A stretch of DNA of 36,549 bases from Chiloscyllium plagiosum. Lineage: Eukaryota. Below, in pieces: positions 32,330 through 36,549 of the stretch. The notes below the pieces were generated by a model. It was given only the letters and a program-made list of their open reading frames with translations, ran no database searches and had not been told where the DNA came from. The position numbers and the translations under genes are program-made. Positions within the stretch are counted from its first letter, which is position 1, and each line of letters starts with the position of its first letter. The DNA is taken from positions 9,248,209 to 9,284,757 of the forward strand of contig NC_057718.1 in NCBI RefSeq assembly GCF_004010195.1, written 5' to 3'.

Positions 32330-33370
32330 GATCATAGAACAGTACAGCACAGTACAGGCCCTTTGGCCCATGATGTTGTGCCAAGCATTTACCTTTATCT
32401 AAGATCAACCTAACCTACACACCCCTCAATTTACTGCTGTCCATATGCTTGTCTAGCAGTCGCTTAGATGTCCCTAATATCTCTGACGCTACTACCACTG
32501 CTGGCAGCGCATTCCATGCACCAACCACTCTCTGCGTAAAGAACCTATCTCTGGCATTGCCCCTACACCTTCCTCCAGTCACCTTGAAATTATGACTCCT
32601 CATGACAACCATTTCTGCCCTGGGGAAAGGTAGGAATGACCGCTATCTACTCTCTCTGTGCCTCTCATTACCTTGTACACCTCTATCAAGTCACCTCTCT
32701 TCCTTCTCTCCAGTGTGAAAAGCCCAAGCTCACTCAACCTCTCTTCATAAGACAAGCCCTTCAATCCAGGCAGCATCCTGGTAAATCTCCTCTGCACCCT
32801 CTCTAAAGCAGCTACATCATTCCTGTAACAAGGCGATCAGAACTGGACACAATATTCCAAGTGTGGTCTAACCAGGGTTATAGAATCATAGAGTCGTAGA
32901 GATGTACAGCACGGAAACAGACCCTTTGGTCCAACTCATCCATGCCAACCAGATATCCCAATCAATCTAATCCCATTTGCTAGTATTTAGAGTCATAGAG
33001 TCATAGGTCCACAGCATGGAAACAGGCCCTTCAGCCCAACTTGTCCATGTCAGCCAGTTTTCACAATTTAAACTAGTCCCATTTCCCTGTGTTTGGCGCC
33101 TATCTCATCCATGTACCTGTCTAAATGTTTCTTAAATGACAATATTGTACTCAGATCCACCACGACCTCTGGCAGCCCTTCCCAGACACTCACCACCCTC
33201 TGTGGGAAGAAACTGGCCCCTGGACCCTTTTGCGTTTCTCCTCTCTCACCTTAAACCTATGCCCTCTAGTTTTAGACTCCCTACCCTGGGGAAAAGCTGT
33301 TGGCTATATATACCCTATCTATGCTTCTCATGATTTTATGGACAGCTATAAGATCATCCCTCAGTCTCTT
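32330..33370 (-). mobile_element. Three stacked CR1 3' ends
   Basis: ORFs 32600..32797 (QRRFTRMLPGLKGLSYEERL...) and 32415..32612; new tails begin at about 32881 and 32989. Confidence 0.85.
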
Positions 33371-34773
33371 ACACTCAACCTGTCCAGCAATATTATGACA
33401 CACCTCTGGAGAAGGTGGACTTGTAGCTGGGTCTCCTGGATCAGAGGTAGAGACATTACCACTACATGACAAAAGCCCCAGTCCTCCTACATCTACTTTT
33501 AATGGTCATATTTCCTCTTGAGAAAATGGATGTGCATTTATGTAGCACCTTGGATGATCTCAGGACGCCATGGATCATTTAACGAAGCAATAGATGATCA
33601 CCATGCCTTCCACTCCAGCCTCATGGAATGGGAATGACAGTCATCCATCCCTGATGGATGGAAAAAGTCCCTGGAACAATGTTGAGGGGGACAGGATGCC
33701 TCTCCTAGTGTCCTGGTTAACATTAAACCCTCATTCAACCTCACCAAAGCATGGTCATTATCACATGGTCGTGTGGGGGAACTTGCTGAGCACAAATTGG
33801 GTCTGGTGCTACCTACATTACAGCCGCTGGCTATGCTTCAGAAACTACTTTTTTTTTGTTCATTTTTGGGACTTAGATGTCACTGGCTGGCCAGTATTGA
33901 TAGTCCATCCCTGTCTGTCCTTGAGAAGGTGGTGGTGAGCTGCCTTCTTGAATGGCTGCAGACTGCTTGCTGTGGGTTGACCCACAATGCTCATGCTTGA
34001 CTCAGTGCTGTGGGTTGACCTACTTCATTGGCTGCAATGCACATTGGGTAGAAGCGGCGCTATACAATCGGAAATCTAGCTTTCAAAGACAGGTATTAAT
34101 CGAGCGGCAGAGTGGTAATGGATGGGGTTCCCCAGGGGCAGGCACCTGAACCTCAGCTTCTTCCATTTGGCATTTATCATCTTGACGCAGAGCTGGGAAC
34201 ACAAAGCCGACGGGAATACGGTGAACAGCGTTCAGAAAGCAACGACTGGAGAGTATTTTTGAAGGTGAATAAATGACAGCGCATAGATTGATCGGAAGAT
34301 AAATGAGCTAAGCCAGAAGGAGGTGGGGTAGGAGAGCAGATGTAGACCAGTCATTAAAAATCTCCCTGACAGAAGAGATGGTGATAAATGAGGCAAATGT
34401 AGACTCAGGCAGTTATCCACAGCTTGACCCCCACATTTAAGGCTCTGCTGATGGTCTTACAACATCCAATGGTGAGGCTTTTGCTTTGGACATTAATATC
34501 AGATCAGGTGCAGGCCATTCAGCCCTTCTTACCTTTTACACTGAAACAGGAGAAGGGGCCTCAGACCACTTTAAACCTTAATCAGCCCATGACTGTTCTA
34601 CGCTTTTCAAGTCTACTTGGATCATAGAACCATTTTAAAGTTACAGCACATTAAGAGGCCATTCAGCCCATCATGACTGAATAGAAAACAGCCGCTCGTT
34701 CTAATCCAACCTTCCAGCACCTGGTCTGTAGCCTCACAGGTTATAGTAATTTAGGGGTAGATCCAAGTTTTTT

Positions 34774-35076
34774 TTAGATTAGATTACTTACAGTGTGGAA
34801 ACAGGCCCTTCAGCCCAACAAGTCCACACCGACCCGCCAAAGCGCAACCCACCCAGACCCATTCCCATACATTTACCCCTTCACCTAACACTACGGGCAA
34901 TTTAGCATGGCCAATCCACCTAACCTGCACATCGTTGGACTGTGGGAGGAAACCGGAGCACCCGGAGGAAACCCACGCAGACACGGGGAGAATGTGCAAA
35001 CTCCACACAGTCTGTCGCCTGAGGCGGGAATTGAACCCGGGTCTCTGCGCTGTGAGGCAGCAGTACCACCGTGCCG
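34774..35076 (-). mobile_element. Young-looking HE1/V-SINE-like SINE
   Basis: CpG-rich; B box ggttcaattcccg on the minus strand; full body and (taatc) tail. Confidence 0.88.
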
Positions 35077-36321
35077 TTCTGTCTGTTCATAGCTTTGATT
35101 TCAATTGCCACCCTTTTACCTCACCTATTCCAAGGAAAACAACCCTAACCTATCCAAGCTTTCATCATAATTGCCATTATCAAGCTCTGGCAAACATTCT
35201 TATAAATCTCTTCTGTACTCTCTCCAGAGCAACTATGTCTTTCCTCTGATTCAGTTACTGTACACATTACTCCAACTGTGCTCTGCATGTCTCTGATACC
35301 TTTTCCCAAAGAAAATCAACTTATCTCAGAATTGGAGGCTCCAGCCCTCCTATGAACAAGGATAGTTCAACAATTCAACAGTTATGTGTTCGATTCTCTG
35401 AGGAATGTAAAGCAACAATGTAAGAAGTGCCGCTAAGGCTGCAGTCAGGTGAGCAATGATCTTCTTCAATGTCAGAACAGGCTCAATGGGCTGAATGACC
35501 TACACCTGATCCTATTTCTTGTGTTCTGATGATCTTTTCAGCTCAGGTAAAGGAGCTGCCCCCAGGCTGGTCTTCATAACAGTGATTGTTTAATGCCTTG
35601 TCATATCAAAATTGCTTCACGCAGTGAATCAGATGTAAAGTGTAGTGACTGCAAACGTGCTGACAGCCATGGGAGAGGAAGCTCAGTCAATCGGCTTTTG
35701 GATCGAGGAAGCGGTGTAGGCTGGGAAGCCACGGCGCTTCCTGGCTCTCAGGCAGAACCGATCAAAGCGCCCAGACATCACATGTTTAGTCCCACTGTGA
35801 CACTGAATTCATTCAAAGTTGAGCTGGAGAGATTCATGACAGACAAGCCTCAATAGTCAAATGTGATGAAGGACAGAAGGAAAAGTGGGATTGAGATCAG
35901 AAAGATGTAGAAGACTGGAGGGGCTGAACAGCCTGAGCTTCTTCTGAAGTTCCATGTTCCCACTTTCCACACGGTGACGTACAATGATTCTTTAAATTGT
36001 CATGTTGAATCCTTTTACAGCAAACATCTCGCTATTTATCATCTATCTTAATCTGTATCGTTCCATCTTTATCTATCATCAATCTCTCACTGGCTATATA
36101 TACATATTATAGCTTTCCTAATTTAATTACGTTTATTCTTAGATTGACACCATCACGCTCAATGAAATTATTTAGTGAGGCTTGAAAGTGCTCATTACTG
36201 CCCGCCTGTCTAGATAACCCATTGTCTGTAATTGAGACAGAGTATAGCTGTGATATTTCACCCACGTCAGGACTGTTGACAGTCATTTGGATGTTAGATT
36301 TAAGGAGGAAAAGAGGAATTC

Positions 36322-36549
36322 AAAGTTTGGGCGAAGATTTGTAGCTCGGGTGCTCGTTGTTGTGGTTCTGTTCACCGAGCTGGGAATTTGTGTTGCAGAC
36401 GTTTCGTCCCCTGTCTAGGTGACATCCTCAGTGCTTGGGAGCCTCCTGTGAAGCGTTTCTGTGATCTTTCCTCCGGCATTTGTAGTGGTTTGTATCTACC
36501 GCTTCCGGTTGTCAGTTCCAGCTGTCCGTTGCAGTGGTCGGTATATTGG
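36322..36549 (-). mobile_element. 3' terminus of a third PLE family (C), running off the window
   Basis: CpG-retaining segment containing a hammerhead motif. PLE assignment is by analogy, as no ORF lies in the window. Confidence 0.6.
36395..36434 (-). ncRNA. Hammerhead ribozyme motif (family C)
   Basis: Minus strand reads gca-CTGAGGA-t-GTCaCCT agac AGGgGAC-GAA ACGT C-tgc, with stem I gca/tgc. Confidence 0.75.

Noticed and set aside
33964..34020. Hairpin tgtggg-ttga-cccaca and a 14-bp direct repeat
   Set aside because: It lies at the edge of a decayed SINE fragment and is too short to support a function.

Overview
Repeat-dense vertebrate genomic DNA. The repeat repertoire (CR1 LINEs, HE1/V-SINE-like and SacSINE-like SINEs, Rex1/Babar, Penelope) suggests a cartilaginous fish such as a shark; this is an inference from recalled consensus sequences. 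No intact, recognisable host protein-coding gene is present, and most ORF-track entries are transposon remnants or noise. Main points: (1) at least three sequence-unrelated Penelope-like (PLE) families carry minimal hammerhead ribozyme cores with covarying stems, mostly as short TSD-flanked or fold-back non-autonomous elements; (2) a Tx1/L1-type element has a ZCCHC3-like three-zinc-knuckle ORF1 running straight into its 3' UTR with no ORF2 (HAL1-like), and is interrupted by a TSD-flanked Penelope; (3) a tRNA-Arg(CCT)-derived gene has lost its anticodon arm but kept its acceptor and T stems and its A/B boxes; (4) a candidate minus-strand transcription unit has a TATA box, short first exon, 77-nt intron and 6-nt micro-exon, and its promoter/first exon has been copied into a neighbouring solo LTR; (5) there is a second local duplication, a 76-bp minisatellite and a 775-N assembly gap. 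Repeat boundaries were read by eye and are approximate.
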